64,000 nt of DNA, from the NCBI GenBank assembly GCA_035221665.1, contig CM069174.1, positions 9,672,001 to 9,736,000 on the forward strand, given 5' to 3'. The notes beneath the pieces are model-generated. The model did not search any database and was not told the DNA's origin. It worked only from the letters and a program-made list of their open reading frames with translations. Shown piece by piece: positions 15,301 to 30,300 of this stretch. The translations under genes were made by a program, and so were the position numbers. Within the stretch, counting starts at the first letter, position 1. Every line of letters begins with the position of its first letter. The stretch is from Okamejei kenojei (Eukaryota).

Positions 15301-18300
15301 AAAGATGGAGAATTTAGATGTCAGCAGTTGAAAATTACGGTTCATCTCAAAACTATTTCACTGTATCTTGTTTTCCACATACCTCAGGTGATTGTCCACG
15401 AAGTTCCTGGTCAGCTGTTGGAAATTGAAATGTTTGATAAAGACCCAGATCAGGATGACTTTCTGGGCAGGTGAGAGCTCTGTGTGTGTTTGTGTGGTGT
15501 GCGAGGCTGTGTACACATACGCAACTCGTGTAGTAATCTGCATGCAAGTACATGTCAGTGTCCATTTTTTGTTTATAAGTCTCTAAGTTTGTGTGTGTGT
15601 GTGTGTGTGTGTGCGCACCCGCATAGGTGTGTACTCTGCTTTGCATTAACAAAAGACTGACAGCTTCTCGGATGCTCCAAATTACCTCAGGTAAAATATA
15701 TTCATTCACACATGACAGAATAAAACGTGTGCAATAGAAAATCACAGCCAGGGCTCACGAAAGAAGCTGGCAGAGAGCCTGTTGCACAGAACTGCTTTCA
15801 CTTGTAGTAGATTTTAGGCCAGTTACTTTGTATCATATTTAGTGAAATATGATAAAGAGGTTTTCTCTTACAGTATCTCAGTTGGGCTGTTCTGGTCACT
15901 GTTGAAAATAGTAAATATATCCCAGCACTTTCCAGATGACTCCTACTGAGATAATCATGCTTGGTGGTATGTTTTTATTGTTTCTTTCAGAATGCGTCTG
16001 GATCTTGGGGAAGTGATGAAGAACCAAATTGTGGATGAGGTAAAGATTTGAAGAAATTCAAAGATAAATGCAAAACGGGGATAAAAGTGGGTCGGGGAAA
16101 TGCTGTCATAAAAAAATTGTCAAAGCTAAAGTGTTAATTTTGGTGGTAGTGTAAAAACCTTTAGCAAGTTGTGCCATTTTCTTCACTTGGCTATCTCAAA
16201 ATAAGCTTAAACCATTTAAGTAGATCAAACCTTCCTTTAAGTTGAAGGAAATTGTTGCCTATTAAAGCTAATATAATTTCTACCAATGTTATGTTGGGAA
16301 GGAAGGAGAGCTGCAGGTATTGGGTTTCATTTATGGCATCATCTCACAAACAACTAATTTGCATTGTTATGTTGCCAGATCTTTAGCAAGTAAAATATTT
16401 GGCGAACTTTTTCTGAGAAGTTTAAAATTATAACCAATAATATATGATCTTTATTTGAGTAGTTTTTATTTGGGCTGTCTCAAAATCGGGGTCATAGTTA
16501 CATGATCAAGGGGGTGGACATTTAAAACTCAGGTGGTTGGGAATTTCTCACCAAGGGAGGTGAATCTCTGGAATTATTTTCCCCGGAAGGTTGTAGGGGC
16601 CGGATCACTGGAGGGATTTAAAGAGGGGGGAGATGTGAAAACTGGGAATTGGAGCCTGTGTGGAACTGGCACAGAAGAGACTTGGCCTGGAGCAGATCAG
16701 CCATGCTCAGATTGAATGGGGGAGGGTGGGAGGTGTGTTTTTTTTTTTTGTGTATGCTCACTGCCAGACTATAATCCTCTTGACTATTTTCTTATGTAGT
16801 GGTTCACTCTAAAGGATGTGGAGAGGGGAAAAGTTCACCTGAAACTGGAGTGGCTGACCTTGTACGCTGACCCAGCAAAACTGGAGCAGGTAATCCCAAA
16901 GCTGATCTTTGAAGATGCTAGTGCTTCACATTTGAATCACACCTTGCCCGATGAACAATGCAGTGATCAACAAATGATACGTGACTCTGTATGTAATTTG
17001 GAATACAGTTTATTCTTTAGTTCAAATTGATGACAAAATGAATTCTTAGCTTTAAATATGAGTAGACAAATTGCTCTTGAAATGAAGTGAGATATTCTCT
17101 CCCAATATATCTCGCTAGCCATGCAGTAACTTGACAGTAACACTTATTGACATGTATGGCCAATGAGATATATTGGGAGAGGGAAAAAATGGATTCTCCC
17201 CCTTCAAAATTAAAATTTACGAGCATTGTGCTTTTCTCTTTAGGTGCTTCGTGTAAATAACTCCATTGGTGCACAGAACAGTGAGGAACCCTCCGCTGCC
17301 ATTATGGTTGTCTATGTGGACCAAGCACAGGATCTCCCGGTATGTTCAGTGGTTGTGAGGTGAATGGCTGTGATTTGAAATTGCCTGATACGAATCTGTC
17401 TGTCAACTGTCTGTAGCTCTTGGGAAAGTGATCCAGGGAATTATAGTTCCCTTCCTGGCCGGTTTCTACCCCTCTGTATTTCTATTCATCTATGTCTTTG
17501 TTTCTATTTCCATACTTATTTCCTTTTAGTCACTCAGCATCCACCATTTGCTGTTTCTCATGAACTCTTACTTTTCTTTTTATCCACAGCTAAAGCAAGG
17601 AACGAGAGAACCGAATCCTTTGGTACAGGCTTCACTATTGGACAAAACCTTCGAGAGCAGGGTATGAATGGGCATTTCTGAGTGTATTGATTATGATGAA
17701 TGTGTACTTCAGAATCTCGTAGCAGAGGGGTGTAAAAACAGAGGGCAAAGATGGAAGCATTAGAGGGGAAGTGGGCAGAGGGCAGACCAACTCACTGGCT
17801 GAAAGGGGACCAGAGGAGCAGTCACTTCCCCTGTTTGAACCGTGCGTGACGAGCCTTGACCTGCAGGGCTATGGATCCAGTATGGTAAACTAGATTTAGG
17901 TTGGGAGCTTTTTTTTTCAACTAGCATGAACACAATCAGCTGAATATCTTACTATATTGTGGATTCTCTATGACAAATGGAGCAGGCAAGAAATACTAAT
18001 GGGTACTATAAGCCAACCCATTCACAATTTCTTGATTACCAGACCACCCCAGTTTCTATTCCTGTCAGATTTTGTTATTATCATTAACATGCATATCACA
18101 GCAGATACTCCCCCAGTATCTCTCTTATCCATGAAAAAGAAAGGCTTTCATTTCGTTAGCGCCTTTTACATCCTTGGGACATCCCAAAGTGCTCCGGAGC
18201 CAAAAACGTCCGGTTAGATATTTACTGTTGGAAACATAGTGGTCATACAGCAGAATCCCATGAATAATGGATAGTTAATCTGGTTTGATGATTTTGTTTG

Positions 18301-21300
18301 AGGAATACCTATAGAACCGTGACTCTTCTTCGAAGTAGCACACCACGGTCTTTTTGGACAACTGGAGAGAACAGACACGGCCTTAGTTTAGCATTTCAGC
18401 CAGTAATACAGCACCCACCCACAATGCAGCATTCCCTCAGTATTGCATGGGAAGAACATCCTGTATTTCGCTGTAGTGGGACTTGAGCCCACAGCCCTCT
18501 GACTTGGAAACACAATGTTGCCCACCAAGCAGCTGGTGGTGTAGAATGTTGGAGTATGTACCAGCAAATACCATCTCACAATGCCAGTTACATTTCCTGT
18601 TTTTCAACAGACATGCAAAGTCGATGTTGTTTTGCCTCTCTGAGATTTCACTTTCTTGCCTCTTTCCACAGACTGTATATAACACAAATGCCCCAGCCTG
18701 GGAGGATGCCTTTACATTCTTTGTTCAGAATCCACAGCAACAGGAGCTGGATATACAGGTAATTTCCATAAACTTGTGTGCTAACTGTAACTTAGCAACA
18801 ATCTGGGTTTTGCCTTAAGTATTGCACAATTGCAGGAAGTTTGAATGGTGTGAAACATTGTTTTCAACAGCTCCTTTGAGCTTTGGATTTTGGATTTCAC
18901 TGTGAGTACATCACTGTAGAAATGAAACCATTTCTCTCACTTCTGGTGAACAACTTCCATTTACATAGCCTCTAACATAATAAAATGGCATACAGCATTT
19001 TGCAAGAGCTAATGAGACAAGTGTCAAGTCAAGTTTATTCTTCACATACACATACGAGATGTGCAGTGAAATAAAGTGGCAATGCTTGCGGATTGTGCAA
19101 ACAAACAAACAAACTACAAACAGAATGGAACAGAAACACATATCCACTTACCACATTACCCAGAGTTAAGTTTTAAGGAACATCTTAAAAAGAAGGCAAG
19201 TTGGTTTAGGGAGGGCAATTCCAGATCTTGAGATCAAAGCAGCTGAAAGTACAGCCGCCAGTGGAGGCTTAATTTGGGTGTGTGCAAACCATGTAAAACA
19301 ACATTGATGCAACTTTAAATGAAAGTATGACACTGAACAGGAAAAACTAGGCTTTGAAAGACTAAAATGCACCACAGGAGTTAATCACTGAAGCAAACAC
19401 CACTGTTTGGAATGGACTTTGAGCCTTTTCAGTGCAAAAGGCATTACAGAGGGGAGGGGATTTTTTTCATGCAAGTGAATTTCTTCGAACCAGCAGAGCA
19501 AGAATAGCCCTGAGGAAATTCCTGGCTACTATCCATGCTTGAGAGTCAGTTGGAAGGGTTTAAATAAAAGGAAGAAGGGAAAGGAAAACTGGTGCAGACA
19601 GCTTGACACTGTCCATTGGAATATTTCAATCTCCAGTTGCATGGTGTGTAAGAGGAGGGATGTAATAATTCCAAAATATTCAATTTTTAAAACTAATTTT
19701 GGCCATTGAACAAGAGTTAAGACAAACATTGAAACTAGGATAACGGTGAAAGAAATAGATTTAAAAAAAATTACAGCCTGCACTTTCAGCATTTTGGTTA
19801 AATCTGTACATCTGATTTTCATTTCTAGGTTAAAGATGATGACCGTCAGTTGAGTCTGGGATCCCTGTCCCTGTCTCTGTCACAGATTCTGATGAGCCCA
19901 AATATGACCATTGATCAGTGGTTCCCACTAGAACATTCTGGACGTAACAGCCAAATTTATTTGAAAATCATAATGCGGGTGAGTGAACGGGCAACCTTTA
20001 TACAAAGACAGTCTATGGATTGAAGCTAAAGAAACGGTGCTGGCACTGATACCAAGAACAGTCCGCCATCTGACTACAGAATTCAAGCAGGATAAGTGAG
20101 AAAATAGAACATATGGATACATATTGTTACTCACTGTCTGCACAGTAATGTAGTGCCCACCAGCATAGAGTCTATCTGACTCATTCCAGTTATTTCAGTG
20201 AAGATCCAGGTGGGGTGATGAAGCCATAAAAGGAAGGGTGATGCATTTTGCCCAAGAACGTTACGTGGAATGCACCCCTTTCCCTTTTTATCCTTTTTCA
20301 ATTTTTAAATTTTCATTCTGTGTTGTTCTTCATTGACCTTAGGGCTATTTTTTAAATTCTGTTTCCGTAACAACTTAAATTTGAAATATTTTAAGTTTGC
20401 TGCTTTGTAAGATTAAAGATATTTGTATTATTTAACGTACAGTTTAACTTCTGCTTAAAATTCAAATTTGAACTGCTTGAACTCATTTTTTTGAATAGTG
20501 TTAAATTAGGACACAAATAGATTATGTGAATGGTTGAAGAAGCCAGCTCCTATGCACCCTTGTGTGTATCACCTACCCTTCCCCTCTCTTACTTTCTCGT
20601 GCCGTTTCTACCTGCACCATTGGCCTCTCGTAACATTTTCACATTCTAGTTGGTGGGGTGTGGAGAAGTGATAAATGCAAAAAGAGGAAACGTGCTCCAT
20701 AACAATTTTCACTGAACAAAGGTATAAGAAGGAACTGCAGATGGTGGTTTAAACTGAAGATAGACACATAAATCTGGAGTAACTCAGTGGGATAGGCAGC
20801 ATCTCGGGAGAGAGGAATGGGTGATGTTTTGGGTCAAGACCCTCCTCAGACTGAACGTCACCCATTCCTTCTCTCCAGAGATGCTGCCTGTGCTGCTGAG
20901 TTACTCCAGTTTTTTGTGTCTATCATTGAACAAAGGTACCTTCTTAGATTTGAAATATAACTCAATTAATTGTTGCACATAAATTACTTTGTTTTATTAA
21001 AATAAATCAAAGTTAATCAGGTACCACTTTACTTCTCTGCCATCTTTTACCATTGTGTGTTTGATTGGCAGGTGCTTGTTCCTGATGCTGTTGATCTTGA
21101 GAAAATTCCCAGAGCTCGGAAATCTACAATGGACAAAGTGCCAGGGTCATCCAAGCCCGACAAAATAAATGCGACTACTTCTAAGTTAGTGGAGGCCTCA
21201 GGATTCGGGGGTCTGATTCAAGTTCCCTTACCAACTGAAAGCAGTGCTCCCTGCAGTGTGGGGACTGAGGTATGGGTCGCTTTATATTTCCACATGAGTA

Positions 21301-24300
21301 AGCATTTGCTATTGAGGTTCGTATAGATCAGGCTGAAGCTTATGTCAATGGAATATCATTAATCAACATGCTTGACTACCAGCGTTTGATTTTGATTTCT
21401 AGCCTTGACATTTAAAATGGTGTCGCAAGAGGTGTCCCAATAGCTGCGGTGAGATAATAGATTGCCGGTGATTTATGGTGATTTATTGAATGCAAGGATT
21501 GATTGAGCTTTGATTAATGGGGATAGATTGATTGGTTGATTGATTGGTGTTGGTTATGGTGATTAATTGATTGTAAACATTTGTAGAAAAGACACATTTA
21601 AGGAATTTGCATTAAAATCATAGGTAATATGTGGATAAATGTGAGGTTATCTACTTTGGTGGCAAGAACAGGAAGGCAGATTATTATCTGAATGGTGTCA
21701 GATTAGGAAAAGGGGAGGTGCAACGAGACCTGGGTGTGCTTGTACATCAGTCACTGAAAGTAAGCATGCAGGTACAGCAGACAGTGAAGAAATTGGCCTT
21801 CATTACAAGAGGATTTGAGTTTAGGAGCAAGGAGGTCCTATTTCAGTTGTACGGGGCCCTGGTGAGACTGCACCTGGAGTATTGTGTGCAATTTTGGTCT
21901 CCTAATTTGAGGAAGGGCATTATTACTATTGAGGGTGTGCAGCGTAGGTTCACCAGGTTAATTCCCGGGATGGCGGGACTAACATATGATGAAAGAATGG
22001 GTCGACTGGGCTTGTATTCACTGGAATTTAGAAGGATGAGAGGATATCTTATAGAAACATATAAAATTCTTAAAGGATTGGACAGGATAGATGCAGGAAA
22101 AATGTTCCCGATGTTGGGGGAGTCCAGAACAACAGGTCACAGTTTAAGAATAAGGGGTAGGCCACTTAAGGCTGAGGTGAGGAAAAACGTCTTCACCCAG
22201 AGAGTTGTGAATCTGGAATTCTCTGCCACAGAAGGTAGTGGAGGCCAATTCACTGGATGTTTTCAAGAGAGAGAGAGATTTAGCTCTTAGGGCTAACGGA
22301 ATCAAGGGATATGGGGGAAAAAGCAGGAAATGGGGTGCTGATTTTAGATGACCAGCCATATCATATTGAATGGCATTGCTGGATCGAATGGCCTACTCCC
22401 GCACCTATTATTCTATGTTTTTAATGTAATTTACGAGAATATACTGTGCAGATTTTTTATTTTAACTTTATGTTGAAGTTATTTTGAAATTCAAAATCTG
22501 TAGAAAATGATTACTTTGGAGATTCACTTCAAACAAGTTATTTTATTGACATGCTGTGAAATCTTGTAATACAACGTAACTTGTGAAATAGTACACGTCA
22601 AAAGAGGTTACCAAGCCAAGAAGCCCAGATTCTGAAATGTGCATGGAAATTAGTTAAGCACAATATTCTGGACATTACTTAAAAAATTTGGGGGTCCAAG
22701 TTCATATAAAGGAAACGCTGATAGTAGGTGAGTAAACAAGTAATCAAGAGTGAAGATGAGTTGCGATCCTGTTGAATTGTGCAGCAAATTCAAGGGTCTG
22801 ACTCTTGTTCCTGTAAAGTCGCATTTACCGACTTCTGCTATTTCAGGGGGTGATCCGCATTCATTTGTTGGAAGCTGAGAACCTGATCGCAAAGGACAAC
22901 TTCATGAGGGGAATGGTAAAAGGGAAGTCTGATCCCTATGTCAAAGTGAGAGCAGGAGCCCAAAGCTTCCGAAGTAGAACTATTAAAGAAAATCTCAATC
23001 CCAAGTGGCACGAGTTGTACGAGGTCAGTATGTTCAGACCATGCCGTTTGCAGAATAAAGTAAAAACCCTTCATCCTGCAGGGCAAAATGGATACCTAAT
23101 GGGTGGGTCTGAGTAACAAGTGGGCTATCGGAGTTTTCATTTTAAAATGTATTTTAAAAACTTTTTTTACTCTTATCTTTCCATTGCTGAGAGTCCAATT
23201 CCTGGATTTGGGCCAGCCATTGAGTCTCTTTCACTTTTATTCCTGGATTTATTATAGTAGTAGATTCTTTCATACTTGCTGTAGAATGTTAGACCCCTGA
23301 TAATGATTCCTACTGAATACGACTTAATCGCACTCTACCAAAATAATATTCTGATTTGTGGTAATCTCTCTCCCCTTTAGGTGATTGTAAATCAAATTCC
23401 TGGTCAGGAGCTTGAATTTGAGCTCTTTGACAAGGACGTGGATAAGGATGATTTCCTCGGAAGGTATGTCAATACACCGGAAAATTGTGTGTTGTGCAAA
23501 GTTGCCGTGGTATTAGAACAAAGAGGTTGCCTTTTCATTAGAACTTTGACCCTCTAGTGCCGCTAACTGGCTCCTCAAATATGTTGATGAATTTGTTTAT
23601 CAATTTGAAGAGTCATACAGCACGGAAACGGGCCCTTTGGCCCAACTTTTCCATACTGACCAAGATGCCCCATTTAGGCTAGTCCCACCCGCCCTCTAGA
23701 GAGGGAATCTATGGGGTGTGGAACACAATCCTATTCCAGGCAAGGGGATATTACATTGGGAGAATGCAGTCCCATCAACCACTCCCATTCTTCCTCTTCC
23801 TGAAGATCGGAAATACCTACCTACCTGCAATCAGTGTGGCGCAGTCGTAGTGTAGAGAGCAGGAGACTGTAATGGGGGGAGCTGGAGAGAGAAAATCTGG
23901 ATTTCATCAACTCTAACCGATGGAAAAGTGGAAAGAAGGTTTTAAATTAGCAAACAAGACGATACATTATAAAATTTTAAAAGGTTGGTTAGTCGAGTGC
24001 AATGCAAGAATCTCACAGGGACTTCTGAAGGACACATATTTTCCCCCATCTTGGCACATGTAATTGTCTCCCTTTTGAAGAAGGGTCTCAACCTGAAACA
24101 TCACCCATTCCTTTCTCGCCATTGATGCTGCCTGACCTGCTGAGTTACTCCAGCTTTTTCTGTCTATCTTCCCGGTCCCTATTGTCTGATATGTGTCAGC
24201 TGGAGATGTCTAGGTGGAGAAAGTTTCTCTTTATACCTTGAACTTTGGAAAGAGCTTGCCCATTATCAACTGTCCTGGGTGAAAATGCCTCTGAGGTGAA

Positions 24301-27300
24301 AGATCCAGCAGAAAAAAAACCATCATCCTTAGCCTTCCTCTCCCTTTATCACCTGTATTAATTATTCCTCTCTCTAACATGTTTTTATTATTTCAACTGG
24401 GGTGAATATGTCTCTGGGACCCCATGGCCATTTCATCCTCTTTGGTGTAGCCCTATTACACAGATGCTGCAGCTGCTCCTCTGAGTCTGCAACCAAATGT
24501 GACTATAGAGGAAGACACAAAGTAACTCAGCATTCAGGCGGCATCTCTGGAGAACATGGAAAGACAATGTTTTGGGTTGAAACCTTTCTTTAGATGATAG
24601 AGGCTTGCGTAAAGACTGTGGGTGAAGTTCCCGGCCCTTCAACTGTTTTTATAGCCTGTTGGGTATATGGGAAGGATTAATTTTTCTGATGAGCGTGTAG
24701 AAACATTGCACGTTTACCCTGTCAAGATCTCAGGCTCTTGCATGTTTCAATCGAGTTCCCTTCCATTCATCTAAACCCCAGCAGATACAAGCTCAGCCTG
24801 TCAAAGCTTTCTTCATTAAGGCAGCCCATGTAATCTAGTAAACCTTCTCTGAACTAGCACCTTAACAATTGCCTTCTGTAAGTCTGAGCGTTGTATTAGT
24901 AGATCTACTCTAGGACAGTATGCACTTTAGTTGCATTCACTTACAATGTAAATGAATTTCACCCGTGTCTTTGATTTGAATTAATTCCTTGTGTGCAGAT
25001 TGAAGATCACCTACAAGGATATCATGAAGAGTAAATTTATGGATGAGGTATGGAAACCTGGTTAATTAAAATTGTATAATGGGACATTTTCTCTGTTGCT
25101 ACATCTGGAGGTATTGGATCTCCAGATATACCAACAGCTCAGAGATCAAGTAAAAAGGAAGAGCGTACATAAATTTCCGCTGATTTGGCATGATTGATCT
25201 CTTCCAGTCATGACCCCTGATTTTAGCTGAACTTTCAGATGCTGATCTGGAAATGTTACACATTGAACTGGAACTGGAAGTTTAACTGGGTACGAGTTGT
25301 GAGCACGGAGTGGTTGGCTAATTAGAACCATCCTATCCCTTGCAATGCCTGGCAGAGTTATCTCTAACAGTGTGAGCACAATCTTGGGTGCTTCTGTTTT
25401 CTAGATGTGAGGCCAGTGAAAATCTCTCCATGAATTGGAACAACTAAAACGAGCTGTTCAGTCCTTCAAGACTGTCTCCTCATGAGCCACCTAATCAAAT
25501 CTTACAAATATGTGAATTACAAGCAGGTGTAAGCCATATGGGCCCTCAAGCCTGCACCACCATTCAATAAAGTTTCAGCTGATTATTACCCTGGCCTACC
25601 CCAGTAACCTTTCACTCTGCTTACCGGGAATCTATCTACCTCTAGCTTAACAATACAGGGACTTCCCCATGCTACAGATGACCTGACATACAGAAATCTG
25701 AATTTATGCAAATTATTTCACGCATTTTTAAAGCGTTTTAAGATGTTTTATTAATAACGTTATGCAATATGTTCCATTAGTTTAATTATGGGTAGTGTTA
25801 GTGTGATTATTTGTTGAAATGGAAGAATTATAGCAAGTATGTAGAACATTATAAGAGTTGTGATGGAAAACGGACTAACAGAGAAATTGGCTCAGACAGT
25901 TCCCAGTAACAGAACCCTTGTGTAACCAGGAACTGCGTGTATTCAAATCCTAATCAGCCCAACCTTTCTTCTTAAAGACAATCTGCCCATTTCAGTTATT
26001 TGTCCAGTAAGACTTCTCTGAAATGTTTTCAATGCATTTCTATCTTTCCTTGTATAAGGAGACCACTACTATACATTTCAGATATAGTCTCTCCAGAACT
26101 CAATTTCCTCGGCTGTTTGTTTTTATTTCATATTTACGTGCTGTACCCCCATACTTGTCTTTTGTCAGTCATGCATTTTGACACTCGGATTACTCTGCAT
26201 CTCAGCTCTGTAATGTCTCACTATTTGGAGAATATGGTTTTTTTAAATCCTGCTAATATTGCAATTTTACAATCTTCCATATCATTCATTATTTGTGAAA
26301 TGTTTGCCCACTCACTTAACCACCCACTATCGTAACCACTATGCACTGCAACATTATGTTTCATTCCCTTTTTATGCAGTGGTTCATGCTGAACGATGTC
26401 AAATCGGGAAAACTTCATCTGAAGTTGGAATGGTTGCCACCAAGTATGGAATCGATCATGTTGGACCAGGTACCAGTCTCCTTCTACAACCCATGCAACA
26501 TTTCCACATGATTTATCTCTTTAGCCAAGATGCTGGCATAATGTCTTTTGAGCACCACGTATTGGGAATGGTAGTGGTGGGGGCTTTTGTCTGCAAGCTC
26601 TTTTGTGGAATTCCAAATAACTTGGAGGGAATTCTTGAGGAAAGAGCCTGTGTTTTAGATGGTGGAGGGAGAGACAGTTTTCAGCTTGATAACTGAGCAG
26701 GGTTCAACGCAATTTTGGCTTCAACGCAAATACATACACCATGGTTATTGTACTCGGCAGGCATTTATAGGCCTGACAAAGATTGGTGGTCTCCAGTCAC
26801 ATCATAGCCTCTGATCGCGGTCGTCCCCGTGTTAATTAGAAATAGTTATCAACAGGGCTGGGCTCTCTTTGTTTTGGAAAAGGGTTATTTTGGAAAATAC
26901 AGCAGAAGTGAGATCGACCAACTGACCATATGGTGCCAGCACAACAACCTGGCTCTAAATATCAGCAAAACCAAAGAACTGATTGTGGATTTTGGAAGAG
27001 GAAGGTTGAGGACCCACAATCCTGTTTACATCAATGGGACGATGGTGGAGAGGGTCAACAACGTCAAATTCCTGGCCGTGCATATTTCCGACAATCTTTT
27101 CTGGACCCAGCACACTGATGCAATCATAAAGAAAGCACATCAGCGCCTCTACTTCCTGAGAAGATTACCGTGATTCAGCATGTCAAAGAGGATTCTCTTG
27201 AACTTCTACAGGTGCACAGTAGAGAGCATACTGACTGATTGCATTGTGGCCTGGTTCGGCAACTTGAGCTCCCAGGATCAGAAAAGATTTTTAAAAAGTT

Positions 27301-30300
27301 GTAAACACTGCCCAGGCCATCACCGGCTCTGACCTCCCCACCAAAAGGCTGCCAACATCATCAAGGACCCACACCATCCTGGCCACACACTCATCTCACC
27401 GCTACCATCAGGAAGAAGGTACCGGAGCCTGAGAACTGTAATGTCCAGGAACAGCTTCTTCCCTACAGCCATCAGGCTATTAAACACTACAACCTCATAA
27501 GCTATGAACTACAATAGACTATTATTATTATTGTTGCACTGTTATTGTTTGTTCTTTTTTCTGTGTTTTTGTTATTATTTATTATGATTACATATTCTGT
27601 TGTGATGCAGCAAGTAAGAATGTCATTGTTCTATCTGGGACGTGTGACAATAACACTCTTGACCCTTGAATGAAGTGGCATTGTTAAATTTCTGTACCTT
27701 GTGCAAGTATTGATTCATGTTAAATGTCAGGGGACATTGTGACCAGCTTGACTGAAAATAGATTTTATGCTATCTGCTTTTAACTTTTAAATGGGAAGTT
27801 TGAAATAAGCTGCTTATCCCCTCCTTTTAATGAAGAGAGCTGGTATTTTCCATTAATAGTAACCCCTCCCTTCAACATTTGTTTACAGGTGCTTCAAGCC
27901 AACAAGACCATTTTCACACAGAATGAGGTGGAACCATCTGCTGCCATCTTGTCCGTCTACGTGGACAGAGCACATGAGCTTCCTGTAAGCCTTGGGTTTC
28001 TTGATTGTAAATAAAATGTTAATTTCTGTCCCAAGAAACTGTATGAATCTTGCCATCATAAGGATGAGACCGCATCTATGTTTGTTAGTTTGTGCGAGTG
28101 ATACTATACCACATTCAATGCTTAGCCATTCTGCACCTGGTCAATCATTTATTGAGGTAAAGTTGCTGTCTTCATTTTTTTGTGATTCTGACAGTAGATT
28201 TTTCATTTTCATAGCTGAAGAAAGGAAAGAAGCTTCCCAGTGCACTGGCTCAGCTCACTGTCGATCACACCACATTTAAAAGTCAGGTAAAATAAATTAG
28301 TTTTGAAACTTTCTTGTTCACGAGAAAATTATGCTGAGCCTATTCCTGGTATAGGAGATCTTTACTTCCCTTCATGGAAACGTCATTTAGAATTGGGCTA
28401 GTGATTTGCCATTGCAAAATATTGTTGAAAATCGGTACCTGTAAAAACCAAGAGAAACAGATTTGTCAAAGGTTGTAGCTTTGTTGGAGTGTAGAAATGG
28501 CTGTTGGGGAAATGATATGGCAGCACACATTTGAGATTGATGCTAAATGAGGTATCTTAGTGAGATTGTGTGGAATTCTGTCTAATCTAAGGTCCAATTG
28601 ACCCGAGAATGATTGATGGCACTTTTTTCCTGGCAATAAGAATCTAAAAATTCAACCCTTGTTTAGATGGATAAATTTAAAACTAAACAAACCAAAGTGT
28701 GATGCAGTGGTTAAAACAGTCCACCTGGAGTTTGAAGATGAAGGTCTTGTTGCTGAGAGCTATATTCTGTTAAATTATTCCTATTCTTTGTAGATTAACA
28801 TTGTCTTTATCTGTCACAGGTTATTAATAGCACAGACATACCTATTTGGGAGGAGTCGTTTTCATTCCTTGTTAAGAATCCAAATGCGGATCGTCTGGAA
28901 GTTCAGGTAAACAGCACCTAGCCTGAATATGAAATGTTTTCAATCTGATACTTTATATCTTGAAAAGGCACTTCTGCAGAAAAACACTCTCGCATGCCCA
29001 CCTCAAAAAGCTGCTGGAAATATGAAAGAAAATGCTAGCAAGAGTCGGTATGTTAGGGAGTGCCTCTGGATAAAATATGTTTCAGGTTGATTATCTTTCA
29101 TCAGAACTGAGAAAGTGTGAAATTGAGTGTTTTGAGTTGCAGGGGTGGACAGAACCAGAGGAATATTTGCAATAGGGTCAAGATCAAGATTAGCCAGTGA
29201 ACAGGTACAGGTATTTTTTCTATCCCACACTGACCCCTCTGTGTTTGGCCTTCTCTGACAAAGCCCAATGGAAGCTTAAGTAACAGCATCTTATCTTTCA
29301 TCTCTGTACCCTGCAGCTCAGACTCAATATCAAATTCAATAATTTCAGATAATCAACCTTTGCTGTTGTGTATCTGAACCTGTCAGTTGTTTTAGGTGAT
29401 CCACATGTAACATTCACTCAGTTCTTTCCACAGATGCTGCCTGATATGTTGAGTATTTTCCAACATTCTCTTTTACTTCTGATTACCATCAACGGTTATG
29501 TTATGCTTTTCACACTTCCAGCATTGTAGTTTTTCACTCGACTGTCTTCAAATGTTAAGAAGTATTCACTCCCCCTCTCAGATGATACCAACAGCATTTG
29601 TGTTACCTGGGCACCTTTTACAGGCACTCTTCACCCTCCCCTTCTCTGCAACACAAAGTAAAGGTTCTAGACCTGATATGTTAATTTTGTTTCTCTCTCC
29701 ACATAAACTGCCTAGCCCGCTGAGTGTTCCCATTTTCTGTGTTTTATTTCAGCATACCCATCTCGATTTGTCAGCAAATTCTCAGCATGTCAACACTCTC
29801 AGCTCAATGCACTTAGTTTTTAGAACACAACACAATTTAAAGTACTATATCTGGGATCACTTTTGTTAATTTCATTGGTCAAATACATGCCTTATTCATT
29901 TGTTTCAAAATTTTCTCCTAGGTTAAAGATGACAATCACACCCTGGGGACTGTTACCATTCCACTCACTGAACTGCTGGTCTGCAAGAATCTGACCTTAG
30001 ATAAGTGGTTTCAGCTGGAAAATTCAGGACCCAATAGCCAAATTATGTTGAAGGTTATTCTTGGGGTAAGAATACCAAACGAGTATTAACTGTATATGTC
30101 TCTATGCCTGCAACATGTGAACATATTGTGACTGATGCCCTTTGTTAGGAACTGGGCTCTCTGACTATTGTAAATGCTTTGATGTTCTTTAATATATTGT
30201 TTTTACCACATAGATCCTAGTTTCTGAGCATTCCAGCGAGCTTTTCTCAATTCAGACTCGAGATCCAACCAGCCATGAGGTGGAAAATGTAGCATTCTCA

